A stretch of DNA of 27,561 nt from the NCBI GenBank assembly GCA_051892315.1, contig JBJFGC010000489.1:1-27561 (forward strand), in the 5' to 3' direction. Below are positions 1 through 8,246 of this stretch, piece by piece. The position numbers and the translations under genes were made by a program. This DNA comes from Eubacteriales bacterium. Lineage in GTDB: Bacteria; Bacillota; Clostridia; Oscillospirales; CAG-272. Numbering within the stretch: position 1 is the stretch's first letter; each line of letters starts with the position of its first letter. The notes under the pieces are model-generated. The model was not told the origin of the DNA, did no database searches, and saw only the letters and a list, made by a program, of their open reading frames with translations.

Positions 1-240
1 TACTTTGAACTTGCTGAGCTTGCTCTCTTTAAGGTCGTTTCCGATGAACCTGAAATGCAATATGACCTCGGCGAAGTCGTGGAAGAAGGCGTCCTTCCGG
101 AACTTGTTCCGGTTGTGGAAGCTGAAGAAGCCGCTGCAATGGAAGAAGAACCTGTGGAAGAATCTGCAGATGAAGCGCCTGCATTTGGTATTTTCACCAA
201 TTTCCCGCTTCCGATGTACAAGTTCCTTCCCAGAGGCTGA
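1..240 (+). CDS. 3' end of a hypothetical protein (5'-truncated) with a very acidic low-complexity tail
   Basis: Frame 1 is open from base 1 (YFELAELALFKVVSDEPEMQ...) to TGA at 238-240, has biased codon usage and is followed by a terminator hairpin. No family recognised. Confidence 0.7.
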   Translation, partial: YFELAELALFKVVSDEPEMQYDLGEVVEEGVLPELVPVVEAEEAAAMEEEPVEESADEAPAFGIFTNFPLPMYKFLPRG

Positions 241-257
241 TTTGCTGCAGCATCTGC

Positions 258-295
258 AAAACAGGCTGTACGGTTTTCGTACAGCCTTGTTTTTG
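258..295. terminator. Bidirectional Rho-independent terminator
   Basis: AGGCTGTACG (263-272) / CGTACAGCCT (278-287), a perfect 10-bp stem with A-run before and T-run after, between convergent genes. Confidence 0.85.
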
Positions 296-310
296 TTATC
301 CAGGAATGGT

Positions 311-1747
311 TTATCTTCGGCTCTCCCCCCAGAACGCCTTGTCGTCTGTGCGGACAATCACGCGATCCGGGTCGCATATCTTTTCATATGGGTAGTCCAC
401 GGGGAACAGCCACATCGGCTCGTATTCATCGCGGCCGTCGGCGTTCACGCGGTCCTTCGAGAAGCGGAGTGTGTTCTTCGCCATGTAGTTCCGGTATTCC
501 TTCAGGTCAAAGCCGCTGCCGCCGGTATAGGAAGCCGTTTCGTTCGGAATCAGCTTCTCACCGCTTATCAGGATTTCGCGCAGACGGGGCAGGGAAACGT
601 ATTCGCCGTCCGCGTCACGGAAATACAGCCGATACGTCGGGTCGAGCATCACGCGCTTTCCGGACGGGAGAATGCAGTCAACGACTACATGACAGTCGTC
701 GAACGGATCCTCATACGGCTGACAGGTTACGTGCTGCGCGCGGATGCCGTTGTACCGGAGGAGATTCCCCAGCATGATCGACAGGCCGCGGCAGTTGGTA
801 CGGTTGTCGTGTTTGCCGCACCACGCCAGAAAGTCCGCGAGGCTGCGTGTTTTCCACGATGGCATTCCGGAGTCGCCCTTGTGATGGAAATGGTCACAGA
901 TAAAGTCGAGACACGCAAACGCGATGTTGTCGCCGGTCTTTCCGTCGAGGTACTTCGCGTAACCGAGGTCTTCCAGACCGGACGGGAGGCTGCCGCCCAG
1001 AACGTATTCGGTTGTAACGGGTTCTTCGTCCGCACCGTAGGCGGCGTTGGCACGGAGAAGGTCGAGACGGCTGCCGTACGGCAGCTCAATATTGGGGACA
1101 AATTCCCCGTGTACCACCGGTGTGTCGGACAATTTTCGGAAGATGACCGGCGGATACTCGGCGTGGTGAATCTGGCGGTAGGTCCCGACCAGCTCGCCGT
1201 TTTCCGGACGAAGGGTGCAGGTAGCGCGGTTGTAGGCATCGTTGATCTGCCAGACGACAGCGTCCGGGTCCAGCCAGAAGGAGACCGGATGCCATACGGT
1301 ACATCCGTCGAGACAGAGCTGAAGCTCCGCTTTTCTCTCACGGCTGAAGAGATTCATCTCCCAGCCGAAAAGGGATTCCGATTTCCACTGACCGACAAGC
1401 TGCTCCAGCGTCAGCGGGAAACCGGCGGGGATTTCGGCCGGCGTCCCGGACGGTGCATAATGGTACGGCAGGGCTTCGGGTTCTGCGGGGGTTTTCAGAA
1501 ACATGACCTCTTCGGACGCGCCGTTTTCGCTGCAGGTACCGGTAAGCTGATTTCCGTTTTCCGCAAGTTCCACCGTTCCGGTGACGCCGCACGCGGTCCA
1601 GGTGAGTTTGTCTTCCGTGATTTCCGCCTGTGCGTGTACGCTGTATTCCCCGCGTTCGGAGTAGGTGACGTACACCGTGCCGTCGGGCATGACGTTAAGC
1701 TGAGTGTCGAGGTAGTCGGTACATGCCCATTTTCCGGTAAATTTCAT
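311..1747 (-). CDS. Transglutaminase-like (papain-fold Cys-His-Asp) domain protein with two N-terminal beta-rich domains
   Basis: 478 aa; RTNCRGLSIML...DDCHVVVD...MLDPTY triad spacing; AGGAG SD at 1756-1760; no signal peptide visible. Confidence 0.8.
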   Translation of the reverse strand: MKFTGKWACTDYLDTQLNVMPDGTVYVTYSERGEYSVHAQAEITEDKLTWTACGVTGTVELAENGNQLTGTCSENGASEEVMFLKTPAEPEALPYHYAPSGTPAEIPAGFPLTLEQLVGQWKSESLFGWEMNLFSRERKAELQLCLDGCTVWHPVSFWLDPDAVVWQINDAYNRATCTLRPENGELVGTYRQIHHAEYPPVIFRKLSDTPVVHGEFVPNIELPYGSRLDLLRANAAYGADEEPVTTEYVLGGSLPSGLEDLGYAKYLDGKTGDNIAFACLDFICDHFHHKGDSGMPSWKTRSLADFLAWCGKHDNRTNCRGLSIMLGNLLRYNGIRAQHVTCQPYEDPFDDCHVVVDCILPSGKRVMLDPTYRLYFRDADGEYVSLPRLREILISGEKLIPNETASYTGGSGFDLKEYRNYMAKNTLRFSKDRVNADGRDEYEPMWLFPVDYPYEKICDPDRVIVRTDDKAFWGESRR

Positions 1748-1782
1748 CGTATTTTCTCCTTATTTGGATTTTTTCTAACTTC

Positions 1783-1811
1783 ATTATACGACAATGGGAG
1801 GACACAGTCAA
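1783..1811 (-). promoter_or_regulatory. Sigma-A promoter for the transglutaminase-like gene
   Basis: Minus strand TTGACT (1811-1806), 17-bp spacer, TATAAT (1788-1783). Confidence 0.8.
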
Positions 1812-1812
1812 G

Positions 1813-1866
1813 CAAGTATTTCTTGACAGTCGAGTATTTCTTGACAGTCAAGTATTTCTTGACAAG
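1813..1866. repeat. Tandem 18-bp repeat x3 (CAAGTATTTCTTGACAGT), each unit carrying TTGACA
   Basis: 1813-1830 caagtatttcttgacagt; 1831-1848 cgagtatttcttgacagt; 1849-1866 caagtatttcttgacaag. Confidence 0.95.
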
Positions 1867-1888
1867 TCCTGCTTTGCTATGCTATACT
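1859..1888 (+). promoter_or_regulatory. Sigma-A promoter for the GNAT gene
   Basis: TTGACA (1859-1864), 18-bp spacer, extended -10 TGcTATACT (TATACT 1883-1888). Confidence 0.75.
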
Positions 1889-1911
1889 ACCTCCATAAGG
1901 AGGGATGCCTG

Positions 1912-2742
1912 ATGACCGAAATTTCATTGGAAGAACTGATGACCCTGCTGAACGGTTCTTGCCCGGCGGTGCACTGCGACGCCAGCCGGAATTACAGAAA
2001 ATGGTATGCCGATGAAGACGGTACCGCAAAGTTTTATTTTACCGACGGCTGTGCGGTTCTGTATGACGCGCACGTGCAGGACGCGGATCCGGAACAATAC
2101 TGGATCTCCTGCCATATTCACGAAGTTTCCGATGACTGCGATTTTGCAGAAGCGTGCCGGAAGTTCAAGGAGATGTCCGACGCCGCCATTTCGGGATATG
2201 CCAGGCATTCCCGTTTCCTTTCCCTGTTCCACTGCGGGCCCTTGTCGGACCAACTGAACGAATTTTTCGGTTTCCGCAAATTCACCCGCAGGGGAGAGGC
2301 GTTCCCCGCGGACCCGCATGTCCATAAACTGACCCGTGAACACGCGGATGAACTCCGGACTTTGTGCGATCCCGCCGTTCTTGAAACCGACACATGGTTC
2401 GGCAAATGCGAAGCGGAGACGTTCTACGACTGGGATTTCGACTGGTACGAACAAGACGGCGTACACCTTCTCGGTTATCGGGAGGAAAACGGAACCCTTC
2501 TGGGCGTCACAAGCTGGTCGTCGGAGGACGAATGCCATCTCGGTTTCCTGCGCGACCTGTTTGTCGCTCCGGATGGCCGCGGAAAAGGCATCGGCAAAGC
2601 ACTCGTCCGCACGGCAATGGCGAATCTGCCCGACCGGGAATGGCTGTATCAGGCGGCGCGGGATAATGCGCCGTCCATCGGCCTTGCGAAATCTCTCGGC
2701 TTTACCTTGGCCGGTGCGGAGCTGTATGTTTTGAGTGAGTAA
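1912..2742 (+). CDS. GNAT-family N-acetyltransferase (C-terminal GNAT domain, unrecognised N-terminal half)
   Basis: LFVAPDGRGKGIGKAL acetyl-CoA motif A and NAPSIGLAKSLGF motif B; start moved to ATG 1912 behind AAGGAGG. Confidence 0.85.
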   Translation: MTEISLEELMTLLNGSCPAVHCDASRNYRKWYADEDGTAKFYFTDGCAVLYDAHVQDADPEQYWISCHIHEVSDDCDFAEACRKFKEMSDAAISGYARHSRFLSLFHCGPLSDQLNEFFGFRKFTRRGEAFPADPHVHKLTREHADELRTLCDPAVLETDTWFGKCEAETFYDWDFDWYEQDGVHLLGYREENGTLLGVTSWSSEDECHLGFLRDLFVAPDGRGKGIGKALVRTAMANLPDREWLYQAARDNAPSIGLAKSLGFTLAGAELYVLSE

Positions 2743-2789
2743 TTCATGGATTCCTATTTTCAGGAGGAAGAAAAAGGAAAGCAATCCAG

Positions 2790-3065
2790 GTGCGTTATTC
2801 TCAATTTGACACCGATGCCCTTGCCCGTCGTCCTGCGGAAGCCTATCCGCTGCCTGTGCCGGTGACCTGCCATTTGTTCCCGTCCGGTCTGAACGATATC
2901 GATAAACTCACCGACGGGGACGGAAACGAATCTTTCTTCCGCGTTTCGCTTGCAGGCGTTCCTACAACAAAAAGCGAACCCGGTTTTATGCCAGCCGCCG
3001 TTCCTTCGACGCGTTTTCCCGGAATTGATCAAGCAGCGTGGAAACAGACGGGCCTTTCCCTGTGA
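2790..3065 (+). pseudogene. Possible degraded N-terminal fragment of an APH/homoserine-kinase-type phosphotransferase
   Basis: AEAYPLPVPVTCHLFPSGLNDIDKLTDGDGNESFFRVSLAG resembles, by eye, the N-lobe (G-loop/beta3, SGLND.Y...FLRV) of phosphotransferase-family proteins; the ORF stops at 91 aa without HxD/DFG motifs. Confidence 0.35.
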
Positions 3066-3116
3066 GGAGGGTGGAGCGGCATTCCGAAAATTGAATCAGA
3101 AAACGGAGTACATACC

Positions 3117-4160
3117 ATGCAGACTCAATCTTATTTTCTTACAACCGACGGCGGTGAATCGCGGCTGCACGTTTGCCGGGTACTGCCGGACGAGGAGCCG
3201 CGCTTTGTTCTGCAAATCATTCATGGAATTGCAGAGCGCGTGGAACGTTACCTGCCGCTGGCGCAGTACATCGCCGGAAACGGCGGCGCCGTCCTGCTGC
3301 ACGACCTGCGCGGACACGGCGCATCGGTTCCCAATCCGCGCCTTCTCGGCGACTGCGGCGATCTTTACCGGACTTACCGCGACGACCTCCATGCCGTTTT
3401 CCGGTCCTTTGCCGAGCATCCGGCCGAGGGAGAACTGCTGACCCTTTGTCCGCCGGAGGATGGGGAGGAAACGGAGGAGCTTCCGTCTCTGCCGCGCTAT
3501 ATGCTCGGTTTCAGCATGGGCGCTCTGCTGGCTGGCTTGTACGCCGCGGCGTCGTCTGCGGATCTGGCCGGACTGATCCTCGCCGGACTGCCGCGCCGGG
3601 AACCGCTGGTGTCGTTCGCGCTTGCCGGAATGGGGATCTGGACCTTTTTTGCGGGTGAACATGTGCGGCCGAAGGGACTGAATCGTTATGCCTTTGAACG
3701 ATACAACAAGGGTTTTTCTCCCGAACCGGAGTCCGACGGACAGTTTCTGTGGCTGTCCAACGATATCGGAAACCGTGCCGCCTTTGCAGCCGATCCCATC
3801 TGCAATCGTCCGAACACGCTTGGCACCTATCAGACGCTCCTGAGGCTGCTGCGCGACATGTACCGCCCTGCGTCGTGGAACATGGACCGCCGGGAGCTGC
3901 CGGTTTTCATGACCGCCGGTGCGCTTGACCCCGTCGCGGGCGGGGAAGCAGGGGTTCGTGACGCCGCGAAATTCCTCGCGGACATGGGCTACACCAATCT
4001 TCGTACAAAACTTTACGAGGGCTTCCGCCACGAAATTTTTCAGGATACCGGCCGCGAAATCCCCTTTGCGGACGTGCTTGCCTTTATCAACGAAACGACG
4101 GGCGCGGAAAACGCCCGTCTCGATGCCCGCCGCAACGAGTATCAGAAGCTGTTCGGCTGA
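3117..4160 (+). CDS. Alpha/beta hydrolase, lysophospholipase/monoacylglycerol lipase (PldB-like, Hydrolase_4) family
   Basis: IIHGIAE oxyanion motif, DLRGHGAS, GFSMG nucleophile elbow, GALDPV (Asp), GFRHEIF (His); GGAG SD. Confidence 0.9.
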   Translation: MQTQSYFLTTDGGESRLHVCRVLPDEEPRFVLQIIHGIAERVERYLPLAQYIAGNGGAVLLHDLRGHGASVPNPRLLGDCGDLYRTYRDDLHAVFRSFAEHPAEGELLTLCPPEDGEETEELPSLPRYMLGFSMGALLAGLYAAASSADLAGLILAGLPRREPLVSFALAGMGIWTFFAGEHVRPKGLNRYAFERYNKGFSPEPESDGQFLWLSNDIGNRAAFAADPICNRPNTLGTYQTLLRLLRDMYRPASWNMDRRELPVFMTAGALDPVAGGEAGVRDAAKFLADMGYTNLRTKLYEGFRHEIFQDTGREIPFADVLAFINETTGAENARLDARRNEYQKLFG

Positions 4161-6136
4161 CGGTCCGTGATGGACGAACCATCCTCGGTGTCAAAGAGAT
4201 TCCCGAAATGGTTGTATACCTCCTCGAACCAGTTGTCCGTCACCGGAATCGGACGCACGTCCTCAAAGGTGCAGACGGAACGGATGGTTCCGCCGGTTCG
4301 GGAGAGGGAGGTGCGGAGAACCTTGGTGCGGTGGATTTCGTCGACTTCGGGACGACCCTCGATGAGATACGACCCGCGGGAACTGCCGCCGTCCTCGATG
4401 TATGCTAAAATGGCGGACAGAACCGCATAGCGGGTGACGAGTGTGTCGTAATTGATGGACAGCTCCACGAGCGCGGCATGGTCGGCGGCGTGGTGAACCT
4501 CGAAAAACGTCCCGATGTCGCGTGCGGTGTCGTCGCGGAGCGCGGCGATGCCGGACGGAGAGCGGAGAAACGCGGCATAGCGGTCGTGACGCATGGCGCC
4601 CTGTGCGCGTTCCGCGAGAATCGCAGGGCGGTCGAGCTTTGGTTCGCCGCCGTCCGTCATCATACGGGAGTAAACCATGCAGCCGACGATTTGTTCCGTC
4701 AGCTCGTCGGACAGCAGAGCGTCCATGGTCTTGCCTTTGGTCAGGGCACACGCACGTTCCGCCGCTCGGTAGGAGCCCACCTGCGTGGAGTTGAGGGCCG
4801 AGCCGCCCGGACGCTTGACGCCGAACACCCCGCCGCATTCCCCGATCGGATAAAAATCGCGCAGTGCGGGATTTTCGTACCAGATGGTATTCTCAAGACC
4901 GCCGTTCATGTGCTGAGCCGCAACGTGAATTTCCAGCATCTGGTTTGCAAGATCCACACCGTGGTCAAGGCAGACCCCGTAGGCCCGCTCGTTGATGGCG
5001 CGCAGACGCAGCAGCGGCGTGTCACAGAGTGCGTGAGAGCTGGCGAGGTAGTCGTACGCCTCGCTGCCGAGGATTTCACGCGTCAGTGCGTGTCCCTCAA
5101 GAGGGGCTGGATTCCGACGGAAATCAAGATAGACCCGTCGTCCCGCCATCGTTTCATGGTACACGGCGATGTCCACAAGGGAAGAACCTTCCCCGGGCGT
5201 CAGCTTTTCCGGGTCGAACGGCCACTGATACCCCTTGCGGAAGACCGCGCGAAGGCTGTCTTCCGGTGAAAAGGTGTCGTACAGAAATTCCCGCTCCTGC
5301 CCGTTCGCGTCCACGGAAACGTAGCGCGGAATCGCCTGCTGGAAGGAGCCGGACAGGTTCCAGCGGAACGGTACGGACGCGATGCCGTATTGCGACTCGG
5401 TCAGGTTCACCGCCGACGCACCAGCGAGAAGCGGCGCGCCGAGGGAGCAGTTCTGGCTTTCGGGATAAACCGAGCAGTGATAAAGCGCGGACGGTCCGCC
5501 GGTTGCCCAGAGGACGGCGTGGGCGCGAAACACCGCAAGCCCTGCCGGATTGTCGTCCGTGACCTCATCCGCGGCAAGGCAGACGACCCCGCGCGCATGA
5601 GCGTTTTCCGTCAGCACGTGAACCGCGCGGTAGCCGTCAAAGAATGGGATTTTCGCGGCGAAGCATTCTTTTTCCAGAGCCTCGGTCATATATTTGGATG
5701 TATACGGCCCGCAGGAGGTCGCGCGTCCGCGCTCATCGTGGTCGGTTCGGTATCCCGGGTACTCGCCGAATGTGTCGTGCGGGAAGGGAACACCCAGGGC
5801 GACGAGACCGAAAAACGCCCGCAGAGAACCGGCGGCTTCGACGAGGGCCAGGTCGCCGTGCATGGATCCGGCGGAAAACGCATCCTTCGCCATCTCCGCC
5901 GCAGAGTCGCTTTGATAGGCGGCGGTGGACTGTTTGTAGTAGGTCTGCTTGTCTGAGCCGGTGTTGCGCGAGGTTCCCATGAACCGTCCTTCCGTGACAA
6001 GAACCGCTTCATCGCCCAGACGGTGGACGGTCAGAGCCGCGTTGTACGCGGCCGCTCCGCTGCCGATGACGAGGATGCCGCAGGAGTAAACAGGAAGACG
6101 GGTGTCCGCGATGGTGAGAAATTCCTTATTCTTCAT
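4142..6136 (-). CDS. FAD-binding oxidoreductase of the SdhA/FrdA/NadB flavoprotein superfamily, substrate unknown
   Basis: 664 aa; VIGSGAAA dinucleotide motif, VLWATGG, AAQHMNGGL and IGECGGVFGVKRPGGSAL matching the HYxxGG and GxHGANRLGG motifs; AAGGAG SD. Confidence 0.85.
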   Translation of the reverse strand: MKNKEFLTIADTRLPVYSCGILVIGSGAAAYNAALTVHRLGDEAVLVTEGRFMGTSRNTGSDKQTYYKQSTAAYQSDSAAEMAKDAFSAGSMHGDLALVEAAGSLRAFFGLVALGVPFPHDTFGEYPGYRTDHDERGRATSCGPYTSKYMTEALEKECFAAKIPFFDGYRAVHVLTENAHARGVVCLAADEVTDDNPAGLAVFRAHAVLWATGGPSALYHCSVYPESQNCSLGAPLLAGASAVNLTESQYGIASVPFRWNLSGSFQQAIPRYVSVDANGQEREFLYDTFSPEDSLRAVFRKGYQWPFDPEKLTPGEGSSLVDIAVYHETMAGRRVYLDFRRNPAPLEGHALTREILGSEAYDYLASSHALCDTPLLRLRAINERAYGVCLDHGVDLANQMLEIHVAAQHMNGGLENTIWYENPALRDFYPIGECGGVFGVKRPGGSALNSTQVGSYRAAERACALTKGKTMDALLSDELTEQIVGCMVYSRMMTDGGEPKLDRPAILAERAQGAMRHDRYAAFLRSPSGIAALRDDTARDIGTFFEVHHAADHAALVELSINYDTLVTRYAVLSAILAYIEDGGSSRGSYLIEGRPEVDEIHRTKVLRTSLSRTGGTIRSVCTFEDVRPIPVTDNWFEEVYNHFGNLFDTEDGSSITDRQPNSF

Positions 6137-6246
6137 TTTTCGTACGTCTCCTTTCCCTTTTCCATGGGGCGCGTTGAGGCGAATGGGAGCTTTCTTTGGA
6201 ACAGCATAAAAATCTTCCTTATTTTTTCTTATTGGATTCCGTCACG

Positions 6247-6275
6247 ATTATAACACATCGCCGCCGAAATAGCAA
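6247..6275 (-). promoter_or_regulatory. Sigma-A promoter for the flavoprotein gene
   Basis: Minus strand TTGCTA (6275-6270), 17 bp, TATAAT (6252-6247). Confidence 0.65.
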
Positions 6276-6326
6276 GAGAGAAAATCTATGCCTGTAAAAT
6301 TATAGAAAAATTAAACATGAAAGATA

Positions 6327-6355
6327 TTGACAGGAGCGGTCGCTTGCTGTATAAT
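6327..6355 (+). promoter_or_regulatory. Consensus sigma-A promoter for the secreted protein gene
   Basis: TTGACA (6327-6332), 17 bp, TATAAT (6350-6355). Confidence 0.85.
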
Positions 6356-6396
6356 GATAGTGCAGATTCAAAATCCGTATTTCTATGGAGGAAATT

Positions 6397-7632
6397 ATGA
6401 ATAGAAGCATAAAGAGAATTTCCGCGTTTCTTGCGGTACTCATGATGAGTTCGTCGTTCGCGGCTGCGGTTTCTGCGGCGGACACCAATTTCATCAAAAC
6501 GAACACCAAGAGTTCGTCTGTGGTTGACGAGGCCGAGGGTGACACGGCAGCTGTGTCCGGCAATGTCCTCCAAACCAGCGGATGGATCAAGCCCGACTCC
6601 GGCATTCTTTCGTCCGGCGTCACAACGGCAGTAGTCAACCCGAATACCATTTTTGTAAAGCCTTCCTCCTCCGACAGAAGCAGCGTGCTTTACAAGAACA
6701 CGCAGCCCTGCACCATCGTCGGCGGTACGTACTACTCCAAAGAAGATGCTTCCAAGGAGCTGCAGTCCTACTTTGCAAAGCACACCTACGATGTCTTTAT
6801 GTACGACGGTGATGAACGTACCTTCTGTGATGACGTCTATTACGTAAGCACCGACAACGACGTCGTTTATTACGACTATGCCAAGGACCGTCTGGTTGCA
6901 GCCGATGCCGGCACTGCCTATGTATACGTGTACACCACGGGCGGCGTTCCCTTCTTCCGTCTTAACGTAAATGTGATCCGGAAACCCGGCAGCTCCTACT
7001 CTTTCGTGGATCTCGTGCCGGGCGAATGGCACCTTGACGGTGCGGGTGACACCACGACGTTTACCATCAAGAGCAGCAGATACGACGCAGACGCCTTCAA
7101 ACTCTCCATCGTCCATGGCGATGATATCGCCGCGTTTACCAAGGACGGTACGCTGAAGGTCACCGGCTCCGGACCGATTGTTGTCCGCGCTTCCCTCAAG
7201 ACCAACGCGAATGTGTATGGTGAAACTCTTCTTTATTCCGGCAAATACGTTTCCTCTTTCTATGACGGCTATTACACCTACGTCAACAACAAGTACGTCA
7301 CCAACTACTGGGGCTACGATATTGCGGACATCCGCGGCTGCTACATCAATGGCTGGATCAAGTCTGCCGAGGGTATTTTCATTCCCGTCCTGAAGAAAAG
7401 CACCGGTACCATCGTTGAGGCAGACGGCAGTACCCATCAGAGTACCGTTGTCTCCTATGAAAACGTCAGCATCGCCGATCTCCTCCGCGACGCCTATGGC
7501 GACAAAGACGATCTCTATGAGGTGATCACCAAATACAACCTGTTCAAGGGCAAAGACATTACCAAAACCACCGTCACCTACGACGATTTCGACTACATTC
7601 GCTACATTCTCTCCCAGGCTTGGGGAGACTGA
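6397..7632 (+). CDS. Secreted hypothetical protein (Sec signal peptide; Tyr/Ser/Thr-rich, probable Ig-like beta domains)
   Basis: MNRSIKRISAFLAVLMMSSSFAAAVSA signal peptide; GGAGG SD before ATG 6397; strongly C-ending codons; own promoter and terminator. Confidence 0.8.
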   Translation: MNRSIKRISAFLAVLMMSSSFAAAVSAADTNFIKTNTKSSSVVDEAEGDTAAVSGNVLQTSGWIKPDSGILSSGVTTAVVNPNTIFVKPSSSDRSSVLYKNTQPCTIVGGTYYSKEDASKELQSYFAKHTYDVFMYDGDERTFCDDVYYVSTDNDVVYYDYAKDRLVAADAGTAYVYVYTTGGVPFFRLNVNVIRKPGSSYSFVDLVPGEWHLDGAGDTTTFTIKSSRYDADAFKLSIVHGDDIAAFTKDGTLKVTGSGPIVVRASLKTNANVYGETLLYSGKYVSSFYDGYYTYVNNKYVTNYWGYDIADIRGCYINGWIKSAEGIFIPVLKKSTGTIVEADGSTHQSTVVSYENVSIADLLRDAYGDKDDLYEVITKYNLFKGKDITKTTVTYDDFDYIRYILSQAWGD

Positions 7633-7671
7633 GGAACGTCTGAACATCCCTTTCCGACAAACAACAGAAAC

Positions 7672-7709
7672 AAAGCAGGGTGCAAATCATTTGATTTGCA
7701 CCCTGCTTT
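7672..7709. terminator. Bidirectional terminator
   Basis: AAAGCAGGGTGCAAATC (7672-7688) / GATTTGCACCCTGCTTT (7693-7709), perfect 17-bp inverted repeat between convergent genes. Confidence 0.85.
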
Positions 7710-7753
7710 ATCTGCTCGCCCCGAGGAATCGTTCTTTTGAGGGCGAAGAAACT

Positions 7754-8245
7754 TCATTTTTTCCCCTTCATCATTTCCACCATCCGTTCACGACAGGAGG
7801 GAGGGACGGAATCGCCGAGGGGACAGTTGTATTTGAGGAGGTCACGGACGTAGGTGGAACTGATGGCGGCGTATTCCGGGGAGGTGGGAAGGATGAGCGT
7901 TTCGACGTCCGGTGCGAAGCGCTTCATGATGAGGGAGAGGTTGTATTCGTAGTCGAAATCGGTCGCAGAGCGCGCGCCGCGGAGAATGACCTTGGCGCCG
8001 ATTTTTTGGGCCGCGTCGCTGGTCAGACCGCCGTAAACCCTGACGTGCGCGTTCGGAATGTCGGAAATGGCCGTTTCCATGAGCTCGAGCCGCTCGTCCG
8101 GCGTGAAGAGACCGCTTTTTTTCTCCGTATTGGCGAGAATCACCACCCAGATTTCGTCGAACAACGCGGCGGAACGCCGGATGAGGTCGAGATGCCCTGA
8201 CGTAACGGGGTCAAAGCTGCCCGTGATCATCGCGGTTTTTCCCAT
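7754..8245 (-). CDS. coaD: Pantetheine-phosphate adenylyltransferase
   Basis: ITGSFDPVTSGHLDLI (HxGH), ILRGARSATDFDYE, ISSTYVRDL. Confidence 0.97.
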   Translation of the reverse strand: MGKTAMITGSFDPVTSGHLDLIRRSAALFDEIWVVILANTEKKSGLFTPDERLELMETAISDIPNAHVRVYGGLTSDAAQKIGAKVILRGARSATDFDYEYNLSLIMKRFAPDVETLILPTSPEYAAISSTYVRDLLKYNCPLGDSVPPSCRERMVEMMKGKK

Positions 8246-8246
8246 T

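Noticed and set aside
1813-1866. Mini CRISPR array or iteron/origin
   Set aside because: Units are head-to-tail with no spacers; no cas or rep gene; they coincide with promoter elements.
5-1912. 635-aa + strand ORF ending in KYFLTVEYFLTVKYFLT repeats
   Set aside because: Antisense to the transglutaminase-like gene; the peptide repeat is just the translated 18-bp promoter repeat.
4142-6136. Naming the flavoprotein sdhA/frdA/nadB
   Set aside because: The covalent-His motif and partner genes are absent; only the superfamily is supported.
7710-7753. AAGTTTCTT head plus hairpin after the coaD stop as a repeat copy
   Set aside because: The head matches copy B but the stem sequence is unrelated; likely coincidence or an ordinary terminator.
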